The notes under the pieces: generated by a model | What the model was told of the DNA's origin: nothing | Databases searched by the model: none | The model's input: the letters and a program-made list of their open reading frames with translations, nothing else | Program-made: the position numbers and the translations under genes | Shown here: positions 9,018 through 19,297 of the stretch, in pieces | How the letters are laid out: every line of letters starts with the position of its first letter | Position numbering within the stretch: the stretch's first letter is position 1 | Source of the DNA: an uncultured Ignavibacteriales bacterium | GTDB taxonomy: Bacteria > Zixibacteria > MSB-5A5 > GN15 > JAAZOE01 | Direction of reading: 5' to 3' | DNA length: 38,785 nucleotides | Assembly (NCBI GenBank): GCA_964611355.1 | Contig: CAZSYD010000020.1 | Location: forward strand, 1 to 38,785

Positions 9018-10562
9018 GTGCCGAAGATTATTGAACATATTTATAGATCATTATTGCCCAATGATCCGTCGCGGCGGCGGGATCGTTTCTATTTAGTTCT
9101 TTCCGCCGCTCTGCTGGCGGCGGCGTGGCCCCCTCTTCCGTTTGGGTTTTTGAGTTTTATCTCCCTCGTTCTGCCGCTTGATATTATCTCACGAAAACGA
9201 TTTGGCAAGGCTTTCAAAAGCGGATATCTTTTCGCCTTCTGTTATCACCTTTTTTCGCTCTACTGGATCGGCTGGGTCACGGTTCCCGGCATGCTGGCGG
9301 CGATGGCGATTATTTCGCTTTACACCGCTTATGTTTTGGCGCTTTTTGGCGAGCTTTATCGGCGTCATCACCGGCTGGCATTGATATCGTTTCCGTTTCT
9401 CTGGGTGGGTATGGAGCATTTCCGTTCGCTGCTTGAGATTGCCTTCCCGTGGGCGAACCTGTCTTATACTCAGGGCAGTTACATTCCTTTCATCCAGATA
9501 TGCGAATACGTCGGCGATCTGGGAATATCTCTCATAATCGTTATCGTAAATATCCTTATCTGGCGTATCTGGCGCGGGACCGAGCAGCGCCGCCAGCAGG
9601 CTGTTCTGGCGTTTGTGGCGGGATTGCTCATCGTCGTTCCCACAATATATGGGTCAGTGGTGTTATCGCGGACAAAGCCGCCGGGAGGTACGCCTATAAC
9701 CGTGACGGTGCTTCAGGGAAACGTTGATCTTGAAACAAAGTGGGATCCGAATAAGAGGGATTATAATTTCAATCTGTATGATTCGCTGGCTGTCGCCGCG
9801 CCCCCGGCGGATATTTTAATCTGGCCGGAAACGGCCGCGCCGGCTTATTTACTTAGCAATTACCATCTTACCCGGCGGGTATCCCGGACGGCCCAAAAAG
9901 CCGGTATGCCGATGTTGGTGGGCACTCTTGATTACGACAGGAAGGGCGACAGCGTGCTCGAATACTTCAACGCCGCCATCCAGTTTGACCCCGATGGCAG
10001 TCATCGAGTCCCGTATCATAAGAATAAACTGGTGCCGTTTGCCGAGACGGTTGCCTATGGCGATTATGTCCCGTGGCTGGTCAACCTGTCGCTGGGCTGG
10101 TCAGACTTCGAGCATGGCCGCAAGCTGCGGGTTTACGAAAATGATTTTGGTCGCTACGGCACACTTATTTGTTATGAAGTCATTTTTCCGGAACTGGTAA
10201 ATCAATATATTCGTGAGGGGGTCGACTTTCTGGTAAACATCACCAACGATACCTGGTACGGTTATTCATCGGGGCCTTATCAGCACGCTGTGATGGCTGT
10301 TTTTCGAGCGATTGAAAACAGGGTTTATATCGCCCGTGCGGCCAACAGCGGCTTTTCGTATTTCGTCGACAGGTATGGTCGGATCTATAATAAGACCGCA
10401 CTCTTTGAGCGAGTTATTATCAGGGGCAACCTGTTTCCGATTGAAGGAAGAACGTTTTTTAATCACAGTGGGCCGGTTTTGGGGCGAACCGGATTGTTGT
10501 TAATCGGGCTGGTGTCGCTTATATTGGCGATTGTATGGGTGAAAGAAAAATTCGCAACATGA
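9018..10562 (+). CDS. lnt: Apolipoprotein N-acyltransferase
   Basis: Multi-TM N-terminal half with FPW, then QGNV and nitrilase triad WPETA / KNKLVPFAE / ICYE, ITNDTWYG, R.AIENR and RAANSGFS. Confidence 0.96.
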   Translation: MPKIIEHIYRSLLPNDPSRRRDRFYLVLSAALLAAAWPPLPFGFLSFISLVLPLDIISRKRFGKAFKSGYLFAFCYHLFSLYWIGWVTVPGMLAAMAIISLYTAYVLALFGELYRRHHRLALISFPFLWVGMEHFRSLLEIAFPWANLSYTQGSYIPFIQICEYVGDLGISLIIVIVNILIWRIWRGTEQRRQQAVLAFVAGLLIVVPTIYGSVVLSRTKPPGGTPITVTVLQGNVDLETKWDPNKRDYNFNLYDSLAVAAPPADILIWPETAAPAYLLSNYHLTRRVSRTAQKAGMPMLVGTLDYDRKGDSVLEYFNAAIQFDPDGSHRVPYHKNKLVPFAETVAYGDYVPWLVNLSLGWSDFEHGRKLRVYENDFGRYGTLICYEVIFPELVNQYIREGVDFLVNITNDTWYGYSSGPYQHAVMAVFRAIENRVYIARAANSGFSYFVDRYGRIYNKTALFERVIIRGNLFPIEGRTFFNHSGPVLGRTGLLLIGLVSLILAIVWVKEKFAT

Positions 10563-12751
10563 ATACCTGCGGCCTTGCCGTAGTGATATTCTTTCTTTTC
10601 GCTTCACCGGGTCAGGGAACGATCCGGCAGTGGCAGAGTTTTACCTCGTTTAGCCAGGTGCAGGATATGGCGCTTTATGGCGGTGATGTCTGGGTGGCTA
10701 CGACCGGCGGGCTGGTGCGGATTAACCCTGATTCGATGACTTACCAGACCTATACCAATATCGACGGACTTGAGACCAATCGTATATTCAGTCTCTGCGT
10801 TGACGACAGGAATCGCTTGTGGGTCGGTGGCCGGGGGAGACTGGTGGATTTCACTAATCCTCAAAACCCGGATGGCTATCTTTTAACCGATCGGGACGGC
10901 GGCTATGTCGATATTTATGATATTGTCAGCGTACCCGGCGGCGATTCGCTATGGCTGGCCAACCGTCTCGGGGTGAGCCTGTTTTTGCCTTCGGAAACTC
11001 CGGGAGACGGCCTGATTCTTGATACTTATACCCGGTTGGGCGAAATCGAACGGGATACTCCCGCCCGCAGGCTGGCCCTGGATGCCGACAACGTCTGGGT
11101 CGGGACTGATCGGGGCCTGGCTATCGGTAACCGGTCGGATGTTCGCCAACTGAAGACGCCGTCGAACTGGCTCTCGTATTTTCCAACGCAGATGGATGGT
11201 AGTCTGCCGTTTGATTCCATCAAGGGTTTGGTTATCAAGGATGACACGGTTTATCTTGGCACCCGGGCCGGGATGTATCGATTTGATACCGATCCCGATA
11301 CGAACCTTGTCGACCTGGGGATGTATAATGCTCCCATAATTTATAATCTCTCGCTGGAGGGCGACTCGGTTTTTGTGCACAGCGGCCGGGGCAGTCAAAT
11401 ATACTACGACGGTACGTTTTTCGGTCTGCCGTGGGACAGCATGCCGATTCCCAATACGACGGCCGCGGTAATTGATAATAACGGCGTCATTTGGGACGGT
11501 AACCTGTTTTATGGTATTTACTATCTGCATGGGGAGTACCTGGCTCATTATGACGCCGGCGGCGCGCCTTCCAACGATTGCCGGCGGATCGTGGCGGCTC
11601 AGGGGAAGATATGGGGCGCTTTCTGGGGACAGGGTCTGGCCTGTTATGAAAACGGGAAGTGGCACTCCGTCGATTCTATGGTCGGCCTGGTAAATACTCT
11701 TGGCGTCGGACCTCTTGGGGAGCTCTGGGTCGGCACCTGGGGAGCCGGCGTTTATCGTATCATGGGCGACAGCATGGCGCATTTTGACCACACCAATTCG
11801 GCGCTTTCCGGCCCCTACGAAGCGCCGTCTTTTGTGGTCGTTTCCGATATCCATTCGACGGGCGACGCGGTATGGTTTAGCAATCTCCGGGGAAACGAGG
11901 GCGAACTGGTGGCGGTCAATCCGTATGATACCGATCAGTGGCAAAATTATGCCTTTGTCGGCGGGGCTTCGGCGGAATGGGTGACCTCGGTTGCGGTCGG
12001 GCAGGGAGTAGTCTATACCGGCACGCTGAACAACGGCATCTATGCCGTGGAATATTCCGGCACGCCTTTCTATACCGGCGATGATTTCAGATGGAAGTTC
12101 ACTTCATCAAATGCGGGAATCGGTTCTGATATGATCGGCCGACTGTCCGTCGACGGGTACGATACCTTGTGGGTCGGCACTTCATTCGGATTGTCGTATC
12201 AGGCGCTGGGAGAGGTTTTTTTCAACAATGTCAACGTTCCCGACAGCTTCGGTCCCGGGGTTACCGCTCTGGCCTTTGACGGGCAGGGTTCGCTTTATGC
12301 CGGTTCCGCCCGGGGTATGGCCATACGGGATATCGGCACGGGCACGTTTGAATACTTGACCGGCAGGAACTCCGGCCTGGTTGACGATAATATCTCAGAT
12401 ATTTATTACCATCGTGAACAGGACGCCTTCTGGATTTCAACATCCGGCGGTATCTCCCGCCTGAGTATGCCGTATGCGCTGGCGACTCAGGAATTGGACG
12501 AAACGCTTGCCTATCCTAATCCATATGTAATCAGGTATGGCTATGAGACGGTGCGGTTTAATTTTTCGGGGCTGTCCGAGGTGCGGATATTTACTCTGTC
12601 GGGAGAATTGGTGCGCGAGATTCCGGTCACCGGCATGTGGGACGGTAAAAACGCCGATAATGAACCGGTCGCTTCGGGCGTTTATATCTTCACGCTGACC
12701 GACCTCGACGGCAATACCGGCCGGGGCAAGATTCTGCTTATCCGTGAATAG
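10559..12751 (+). CDS. PorZ-like secreted beta-propeller protein with C-terminal T9SS-type CTD / FlgD-Ig domain
   Basis: ATG overlaps the lnt stop (ATGA). Signal peptide, then repeated two-component-regulator propeller blades (VWVATTGGL, LWVGTWGAGV, LWVGTSFGL, NSGLVDDNI). C-terminus AYPNP...VRIFTLSGELV...WDGKN...VASGVY...GKILLIRE. About 730 aa, matching PorZ size and layout. Confidence 0.7.
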   Translation: MNTCGLAVVIFFLFASPGQGTIRQWQSFTSFSQVQDMALYGGDVWVATTGGLVRINPDSMTYQTYTNIDGLETNRIFSLCVDDRNRLWVGGRGRLVDFTNPQNPDGYLLTDRDGGYVDIYDIVSVPGGDSLWLANRLGVSLFLPSETPGDGLILDTYTRLGEIERDTPARRLALDADNVWVGTDRGLAIGNRSDVRQLKTPSNWLSYFPTQMDGSLPFDSIKGLVIKDDTVYLGTRAGMYRFDTDPDTNLVDLGMYNAPIIYNLSLEGDSVFVHSGRGSQIYYDGTFFGLPWDSMPIPNTTAAVIDNNGVIWDGNLFYGIYYLHGEYLAHYDAGGAPSNDCRRIVAAQGKIWGAFWGQGLACYENGKWHSVDSMVGLVNTLGVGPLGELWVGTWGAGVYRIMGDSMAHFDHTNSALSGPYEAPSFVVVSDIHSTGDAVWFSNLRGNEGELVAVNPYDTDQWQNYAFVGGASAEWVTSVAVGQGVVYTGTLNNGIYAVEYSGTPFYTGDDFRWKFTSSNAGIGSDMIGRLSVDGYDTLWVGTSFGLSYQALGEVFFNNVNVPDSFGPGVTALAFDGQGSLYAGSARGMAIRDIGTGTFEYLTGRNSGLVDDNISDIYYHREQDAFWISTSGGISRLSMPYALATQELDETLAYPNPYVIRYGYETVRFNFSGLSEVRIFTLSGELVREIPVTGMWDGKNADNEPVASGVYIFTLTDLDGNTGRGKILLIRE

Positions 12752-13717
12752 ATGAAATTTCAGGTGATCGATCGTCAATCGCTGGATTTATCCGCGTGGG
12801 AAAATCTGACAAAAAACGGCTCATTTTTTCAGACTTATCACTGGGCCGATATATGCGTTGCCGGTTTGGGTTCTAATGCGCGTGCGGTTTTCCTGTGCGG
12901 ATATGAAAATGATAAGTTATCTGCCGGCCTGCCGGCGGTTGTTACTTCTCGTTTCGGCATAAAATCTTTTTATTCGATGCCGTACGGCACTTATGGGGCG
13001 GCCGTTTTCACTCCGGAAATCTCAAACCAATCGAAACGGGTATTCCTTCAGGAATTATCAGATTACTTGTCGAGCCGCCGCTACTCTTTAATCGAAATCG
13101 TTGATTTTGAAAATTCCCTGATAGAATTGCCGGGGAAGAAATTAGGAAGATCAAAAATATCCACGCATATCATCGAATTATCGAAGGATGGTGATTTTCA
13201 TCCACCGGATAAGAGAGTGGAAAGGCATATTCGCTCCGGCCGGGGAAGCGGCGTGGAAATAGTCGAAATAAAGGATGAGAACCTACTCGACGATTTCTAT
13301 CTGCTTTACCGGTTGACCGAGAAAAGACATGGGCGACGCCGACCTCTTTATGAAAAGAATTTTTTCGAAAGTGTTATATACCTGCTAAAGGATACGGATA
13401 TGCTGTACTGGACGGGGGCGGCGGTTGAAGGCAAACTGATAGGTTTGCAGATTAACTTTGTTTATAGCGGTACGCTTACCTACTGGCAGGGAGTATGGGA
13501 CTACGAAATGCGTCAATACAAGCCGGGTTACCTGTTGATGTATGACGCCATCAGGAAGGCAAAATTATCCGGAGCCGGGAGGGTGAATCTGGGAGCGTCG
13601 CCGCCGCACGCGACCGGGTTGATTGAGTATAAGGAAAGCTGGGGCGCCCGGAAGATTGAATATGATATCCTGTCCTGTCGATCGAGAGTTAGAAAATTGA
13701 TGGGAAGACACGTTTGA
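12752..13717 (+). CDS. FemAB-like GNAT-family acyl/aminoacyl transferase
   Basis: W...FFQTYHW, SMPYGTYG, R..IR.G...GV, F..LY, KPGYLLMY.AI and NLGAS...GLIEYKESWGA: a double-GNAT FemAB-type pattern. Confidence 0.8.
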   Translation: MKFQVIDRQSLDLSAWENLTKNGSFFQTYHWADICVAGLGSNARAVFLCGYENDKLSAGLPAVVTSRFGIKSFYSMPYGTYGAAVFTPEISNQSKRVFLQELSDYLSSRRYSLIEIVDFENSLIELPGKKLGRSKISTHIIELSKDGDFHPPDKRVERHIRSGRGSGVEIVEIKDENLLDDFYLLYRLTEKRHGRRRPLYEKNFFESVIYLLKDTDMLYWTGAAVEGKLIGLQINFVYSGTLTYWQGVWDYEMRQYKPGYLLMYDAIRKAKLSGAGRVNLGASPPHATGLIEYKESWGARKIEYDILSCRSRVRKLMGRHV

Positions 13718-14778
13718 TTAAACTGCTGATCTTATCAGACGCCGAATCGGTTCATACCGAAAGATGGTGCCGGTATTTTGAAGATGAGGGGTTTGAAACG
13801 GCTCTTTATTCGCTGGAGCCGTGCCGTATATCGCCGCCACGGCATTTTTTCGGCGGGAAACGACCGACGTCGATTGGTGTCATTGATTATTATCTTGCCC
13901 GTAGAGATTACAGAAGAATCTTGGAAAGATTCCGGCCCGATATCGTCAATGCCCATTTTGTCGCCTCGTATGGCTGGCTGGCCTCGCACCGCAGGCGCTG
14001 CCCTGTAGTGGTAACGGCCTGGGGGAGCGATCTTCTGGTCTTGCCGGAAAGATCGATTGTGCACCGCAAAAGAGTTTCGCGCGCCCTGAAAAAGGCCGAC
14101 TACCTGACGGTGGATAATCATAATCTGCTCAGGGCGGCCTCGCGTTTTATCCCCGAAGAAAAGATCATCCGGATAATTATGGGTGTGGATAAGAGCGTAT
14201 TTGAAAGCTCAACCAAAACGGAGTTTCCCGGTATGGGCCCGGTAAGAATAATCGCTCCCCGCGGACTGAAAAAAATATATGATCCCGGGACGATCATTGC
14301 TGCGGCGAAGCTGTTAGAAGATAAGATCGAATTCCGGGTTGACCTGCCGGGCGATGAGCCGGAAGCAGGCTCCTTTGGAGAACAACTGAAACGCGACTCC
14401 GCTTCCGACGTGATTCGTATATGCCCGTTTATGCTTCATGAAGAGTTTGTCTCCCGTTTGAAGGAATACGACATTTACGTTTCCGCGTCGCTTTCCGATT
14501 CGACTTCGGTGGCTCTTCTGGAAGCAATGGCAGTCGGTCTTTTTCCGGTAGTCAGTGATATCGAAGGAAATCGGGAATGGATAGATGATGGTGAAAACGG
14601 GCTATTGTTTGAGCCGGGCTATGCTTCGTCGCTGGCCGCTGCTGTTGAAAAAGCAATCGGTATGCGTCATAAGTTTGAATATATCGCAAGTATAAACCGG
14701 AACCGAATTCGATCGGAAGCGATCTGGGAGGATAATATGAATAAGATTAAGGAATTATTTATAAAGCTGGCGACCTGA
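13714..14778 (+). CDS. Glycosyltransferase family 4
   Basis: SVHTERW, PDIVNAHF..SYG, TAWGSDLL, DSTSVALLEAMAVG and SDIEGNREWI..GENGLLF. TTG start overlaps the upstream stop. Confidence 0.9.
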   Translation: MIKLLILSDAESVHTERWCRYFEDEGFETALYSLEPCRISPPRHFFGGKRPTSIGVIDYYLARRDYRRILERFRPDIVNAHFVASYGWLASHRRRCPVVVTAWGSDLLVLPERSIVHRKRVSRALKKADYLTVDNHNLLRAASRFIPEEKIIRIIMGVDKSVFESSTKTEFPGMGPVRIIAPRGLKKIYDPGTIIAAAKLLEDKIEFRVDLPGDEPEAGSFGEQLKRDSASDVIRICPFMLHEEFVSRLKEYDIYVSASLSDSTSVALLEAMAVGLFPVVSDIEGNREWIDDGENGLLFEPGYASSLAAAVEKAIGMRHKFEYIASINRNRIRSEAIWEDNMNKIKELFIKLAT

Positions 14779-16022
14779 TGGCGAAGACGGTTTTGATTAT
14801 AGCCTATTATTTCCCCCCTATGGGGATGGGCGGAGCGCAGCGAATGTCCAAGCTGGCCAGGTATCTTCCCGACCTCGGGTATAACGTTAAGGTTCTGACC
14901 GTCAAACCTGTTCGTTATCCCGCTTACGATAAGACGCTTCGTGAGGAACTACCGGAGGGGGTTGAAATATTTCGCTCCGGCTCGACCGATCCCGCTCGTA
15001 TTGCGAAATTTATCCCTTTTCCGATCAGAGTTGGAGACGGGCTCAAGTCGGCGGCCAAAAACAAAGGCGGCTTTTGGCCCGATTCCAAAATCGGCTGGAA
15101 ACAATCCGCCCTGAAACTGGGGCAAAAAATTATACGCGAAAACCGGATTGATATATTGCTTTCTTCATCGCCGCCGATAACCGGCCATTTGATAGCGATG
15201 GAGCTTAAAAGCCGATTTAGCCTTCCCTGGGTAGCCGATTTTCGCGATATCTGGGAATCGCGGTCGCCGGAACAGCTATATAATGACAAGAATCTGATCG
15301 ATAAATCGAATCGTCTGCTGGAGGAAATCGCCCGAAAAGCGGATGCCGTTACGGGCGTAAATGACACTATCGTCAAACGGCTGTTAAGCAATGGAATGAT
15401 AATTGCCGGCGGGTATGATCCTGATGATTTCGCGGCTTTGAATATTCCAAAAAGCAAACGCCGATTCGTCCTTTGTTATCTTGGCGCAATCGGGAGTCTG
15501 CACCCGATCGAACCGTATTTTGATGCTGCGCGAATCGCATCGAACTCGAATACTTCTTTCGCTTCGCAGGTGCATTTTAGGATAATCGGCGCCAACGACA
15601 AGAAAGCCGTATTGAAATTGGCCGGGAAGTTTAATCTATTGGGAAGGGTCGAACTGATCGGCTATCGGCCGCATCGTGCCGCGCTTCAGGAAGCCGCAGC
15701 AGCGTCGGTGATGCTCCTGAGCCTTCCCAAAGGTTATCCTGATGTTATGCCCGGCAAAGTTTTTGATTGTTTGGCGCTTCCCGCCCCGATACTGGCGTCG
15801 GTACCGGCAGGAGGCGAGGCGGAAAAGATGATCGACAAATACGCGGGTGGAATCTGTATTGAGCCGGACAACCCGGACATGCTGGCGGAAAAGATGCTTC
15901 TACTGTTTCAACATCATCAGGACGGTAGCATCTGGAAGAAGCGCGATCTGTCAGGCTTGACTCGCCGCGAAGCCGCTCGCCGGTTCGCCGATGTTTTTGA
16001 CAGGATTACGCGTGACGGATAA
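14778..16022 (+). CDS. Glycosyltransferase family 4
   Basis: VLIIAYYFPP.G.GG..R..K, PDSKIGW, SSSPP, PWVADFRD.W and PGKVFD. Confidence 0.88.
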   Translation: MAKTVLIIAYYFPPMGMGGAQRMSKLARYLPDLGYNVKVLTVKPVRYPAYDKTLREELPEGVEIFRSGSTDPARIAKFIPFPIRVGDGLKSAAKNKGGFWPDSKIGWKQSALKLGQKIIRENRIDILLSSSPPITGHLIAMELKSRFSLPWVADFRDIWESRSPEQLYNDKNLIDKSNRLLEEIARKADAVTGVNDTIVKRLLSNGMIIAGGYDPDDFAALNIPKSKRRFVLCYLGAIGSLHPIEPYFDAARIASNSNTSFASQVHFRIIGANDKKAVLKLAGKFNLLGRVELIGYRPHRAALQEAAAASVMLLSLPKGYPDVMPGKVFDCLALPAPILASVPAGGEAEKMIDKYAGGICIEPDNPDMLAEKMLLLFQHHQDGSIWKKRDLSGLTRREAARRFADVFDRITRDG

Positions 16023-16914
16023 AAAACACATATCCGCGGTGGTTATCTCTTACCGGGGGATCGATTTTATCGCCGATTGCCTGAACAGCCTGAAGACCGA
16101 CCTTGCCGAATACGAACACGAAATAATCGTGGTCGATAATCATTCCACCGATGGAACGATTGAGTATATCGAAAGAAATCATGGTGATGTCAGGCTTATC
16201 AAAAACCCGCGCAACCTGGGCTTTGCCCGGGCGGTAAATCAGGGAATAGAAGCCGCCCGGTATGAATATCTATGGCTGCTCAATCAGGATATCAGAATAA
16301 GAAAGGGTTGTCTCCAAACTCTATTCAAATGCCACGAGAAGTTTGACCGGCCGGGTGTGATCGGACCGTGCCTGATCGGTTTCGACGGCAAACTTCAAAG
16401 ATCGTGCCGGCGGTTGCCCCGTTATCGCCATATCTTTTTTGAGATGACCGGCCTGGCCTATCTTTTCCCTCGCTCATCGCTTTTTAACGGTTGGAAGATG
16501 GGCGAGTTTGATCATACCTTCTCGCGTTCCGTGGAGCAGCCGATGGGGGCGGCGATGCTTCTTTCTCGAAACCGTATTGACGAAATCGGGATGCTTGATG
16601 AAACTTTCGGCATATTTCTGAATGATGTCGATTTTTGCCGTCGTCTGCTTGAAGCCGGTTATCTGAATTACTACTGCGCCGAAGCGGTTATCGAGCATTT
16701 TACCGGCGGGTCGGTATCCCGACAGAAACCGAAAATGGTCTGGTTGTCGCATTTATCCGTTTTTCGGTATTTTCAAAAGTGGGAAAAACGCCGACACGCG
16801 TCTTGGCCGGTAAAGACAGCTTATCGTCTCGCGCTGTATCTGGCCGGGCCGGCTCTCGTACTATCGGCCATGCCGCGGTCATTGTATCATCTTCTCAGGA
16901 GATTATTTACCTGA
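16012..16914 (+). CDS. Glycosyltransferase family 2 (WbbL / rhamnosyltransferase-like)
   Basis: VVDNHSTDGT, NLGFARAVNQG, LLNQD, GAAMLL and IGMLDE.F..F..DVDFC. GTG start at 16012 follows AGGA; alternative ATG at 15991. Confidence 0.88.
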   Translation: MTDKKHISAVVISYRGIDFIADCLNSLKTDLAEYEHEIIVVDNHSTDGTIEYIERNHGDVRLIKNPRNLGFARAVNQGIEAARYEYLWLLNQDIRIRKGCLQTLFKCHEKFDRPGVIGPCLIGFDGKLQRSCRRLPRYRHIFFEMTGLAYLFPRSSLFNGWKMGEFDHTFSRSVEQPMGAAMLLSRNRIDEIGMLDETFGIFLNDVDFCRRLLEAGYLNYYCAEAVIEHFTGGSVSRQKPKMVWLSHLSVFRYFQKWEKRRHASWPVKTAYRLALYLAGPALVLSAMPRSLYHLLRRLFT

Positions 16915-19240
16915 TCAGGCACATCTTTCTGGTCTCGGTTCCTTCGGTCGAAGCGAGACGGTAAATGTAAATACCGCTGGCCGCCTCTTGTCCGGATTCA
17001 TCCCGGCCGTTCCAAACGACTTCATGATGTCCTGATTCAAAATAGCCGTCCGCCGGACGGCCAATCAGTCGTCCCAGAATGTCGTAAATCATAAGTGAAG
17101 CATAACCGCTTTTCGACAGCGAAAAACTGATCGTTGTCTGCGGATTAAATGGGTTGGGATAGTTTTGCTTCAGTTCAAACCGGGTCGGCACAACCGGCTG
17201 ATCATTATCGGCGTCGGCCACGATACTCGGCGTCAAAACTTTAACGGCGGATATTTCGCCCGGAATATACGCGGTAAGCCGGATATTATCGGTGCATTCA
17301 TCCGGGGGAGTTATCTCGAAGTTGCCGTTGCCGTCGCTGACAACGGTCTCGCAAAACTGTTGGCCGATAATAACAGTCAGAGTTTGGTCGGCAAGCGGCG
17401 TTCCGTCAAGAGTAAGCTTTCCGGTGATCGACTGACCCGGCGTATAAACCGAAGGTGTTTCAATGGCCGCCGGTGAAGGGGTATCGAGGTAGATTTTTAT
17501 CGAAGGGTCGCCATAGTAATTCTGGCCGTAAATCTGGTCGCGATAATAGGGATAATCGACGTACGACAAATACATCGCCTCGACGGGATAACCCCGCGCA
17601 TCGCCAAAGAGATGCCGGTAGAAAGAAGCCATCAGCTTGTAGCTGGAAGCCACCCATCCCCAGCGCGAAAAAGCCACCATGCCGACCGCACCGGCTGAAT
17701 CAAGCGCCAGGAGTTCCTCCACCACCGAGGGCACCTGCATTGAATAAAGCGATTCAAGGTCGATAGCCCCCTGTTCGCAGGAAATGGAATAATACAGGCC
17801 GGTTTTCCTGTTCCGGGATATACCGATAAACTCGGCATCGGCAGCGTGATCGGTTCCGGTTAAGAGGTAAATCTTGGGACACAGATTATACTCGCTTGAA
17901 TTAATTATAAAACCGTCCGGCCGCCCGTGAGCCAGTATATTTATCATTCCGTATCCGTCGGCCAGGGCGGACATCGTACCCGGAGCGGTCGGTCCCACCG
18001 GCGCCGGGTCTTTTCCGCTGGGTGTTTCGGCCAGCGTTTCGCAGTCGGTTGACATGTGATCGGGGAATTTTTCGGCGACACGGTATTGCTGGCCGCCTTC
18101 AAAATAATCGCGCATCTGATCGGATGTAAAAAAGATGGATCGATTCAAATAGGACGGATCCCCGCCGCCGGGACTGAAAAGATAATCTTCAATCTTGGCG
18201 GTATATGCGGCTATCTGCGATGTATCTGAAAACGGCAGACGCCCGACAGCAAGCTCCGCTCCCAGGTCGGGATGATCCTGAGTCGGTTCGCCCCAGATAC
18301 CATCGCCGTCGAAATTCCAATCGCCGTCAAGATCGGCAAAATACAGGTCGCAGATCATCAGCCGCTTCAGCTCCGGAGAGACGTCGGTATTGTAATAATA
18401 AGCATAACGCACCGGCACATTATCTTCATCGCCGCCAAGAATAACATAACGGCCGCCCGCCTGATAAAAATCCTTAAGGTAATTTCTGATCGCAGCCGCT
18501 TCGTCAACTCCGGAATAATGAGCATAGATCGAATCGGTAATGGCTATGGCGGCGTTAAATCCGGTTTGCAGTTTAAGATTAATCATCGGTGCATACGCAT
18601 CAGTTAACGCTGGGGATGTTATAATCACCAGTTCACCACCGACAGGACAACCGTCGTTATTCGTCCAGGGTATCGACGGCGAGGGAACCGCCTTTCCGTG
18701 CACTCGCACCGGAGTTCCTGATTTGATGGTGATATCACTGCCGGAGCCTTTGCGTAAGACAATAACCTGCCGATTGAAGATTATCCTGCTGTCATCCAAA
18801 AACTGAATCGGAAAAACCGAAATAGAAATAATTGTTTGAGACTTTGTCCTGCTTACCGCCAGCAGGTATGGTTGTGCGGGAAAAGTCCCTTTCGGCCCGT
18901 AAAGGATTGTGCTTTGCTCAACCTTGTAGTTTCGATCCGAGGTCGGTCGATCGGCCATGCAAATCGCCGGTTGAAAATCGAGGTCAATCGTATCAGCCGA
19001 TATAACAGAGCAGCTTATCCGTAAATCGGTGGCATCATCGGTATGGTAAATAAGGCGCCCGACCGGAACGGCGGGTTTGCCCTCGTCAGTGATCAAATCA
19101 AAGTCGTCGTAGCCGACGGTTTTTTTCAGATCATCAATTCTTAATTTATCTATCTCGAAATTGATGGTATCAATCGTCTCGGCCGAAACGGCAACGACCG
19201 TTGCCGTCAAAAGCAGTAATGTCAGCCAAACAGCCTTCAT
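16907..19240 (-). CDS. Peptidase C25 (gingipain-like) with signal peptide, prodomain, Ig-like region and T9SS-type CTD
   Basis: MKAVWLTLLLL signal after SD GGGGGA. C25 motifs YVILGGD...VP.R, DLYFADLDG and VGRLP; catalytic pair AHG and SISC. CTD LKQNYPNPFNPQTTISF...IYDILGRLI...WNG.D..G...ASGIYIYRL...RKMCLIR. Confidence 0.88.
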   Translation of the reverse strand: MKAVWLTLLLLTATVVAVSAETIDTINFEIDKLRIDDLKKTVGYDDFDLITDEGKPAVPVGRLIYHTDDATDLRISCSVISADTIDLDFQPAICMADRPTSDRNYKVEQSTILYGPKGTFPAQPYLLAVSRTKSQTIISISVFPIQFLDDSRIIFNRQVIVLRKGSGSDITIKSGTPVRVHGKAVPSPSIPWTNNDGCPVGGELVIITSPALTDAYAPMINLKLQTGFNAAIAITDSIYAHYSGVDEAAAIRNYLKDFYQAGGRYVILGGDEDNVPVRYAYYYNTDVSPELKRLMICDLYFADLDGDWNFDGDGIWGEPTQDHPDLGAELAVGRLPFSDTSQIAAYTAKIEDYLFSPGGGDPSYLNRSIFFTSDQMRDYFEGGQQYRVAEKFPDHMSTDCETLAETPSGKDPAPVGPTAPGTMSALADGYGMINILAHGRPDGFIINSSEYNLCPKIYLLTGTDHAADAEFIGISRNRKTGLYYSISCEQGAIDLESLYSMQVPSVVEELLALDSAGAVGMVAFSRWGWVASSYKLMASFYRHLFGDARGYPVEAMYLSYVDYPYYRDQIYGQNYYGDPSIKIYLDTPSPAAIETPSVYTPGQSITGKLTLDGTPLADQTLTVIIGQQFCETVVSDGNGNFEITPPDECTDNIRLTAYIPGEISAVKVLTPSIVADADNDQPVVPTRFELKQNYPNPFNPQTTISFSLSKSGYASLMIYDILGRLIGRPADGYFESGHHEVVWNGRDESGQEAASGIYIYRLASTEGTETRKMCLIR

Positions 19241-19280
19241 GGTATCCCCCACGTGTTTCAGTTCGAACCGCTTCCAATCA

Positions 19281-19297
19281 ATGCAAGGGGAATGCCC
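19281..19297 (-). promoter_or_regulatory. Putative sigma54 (-24/-12) promoter of the C25 peptidase gene
   Basis: Minus strand GGGCATTCCCCTTGCAT gives GG-N10-GC, close to consensus TGGCAC-N5-TTGC, 40 nt upstream of the ATG. Confidence 0.6.
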
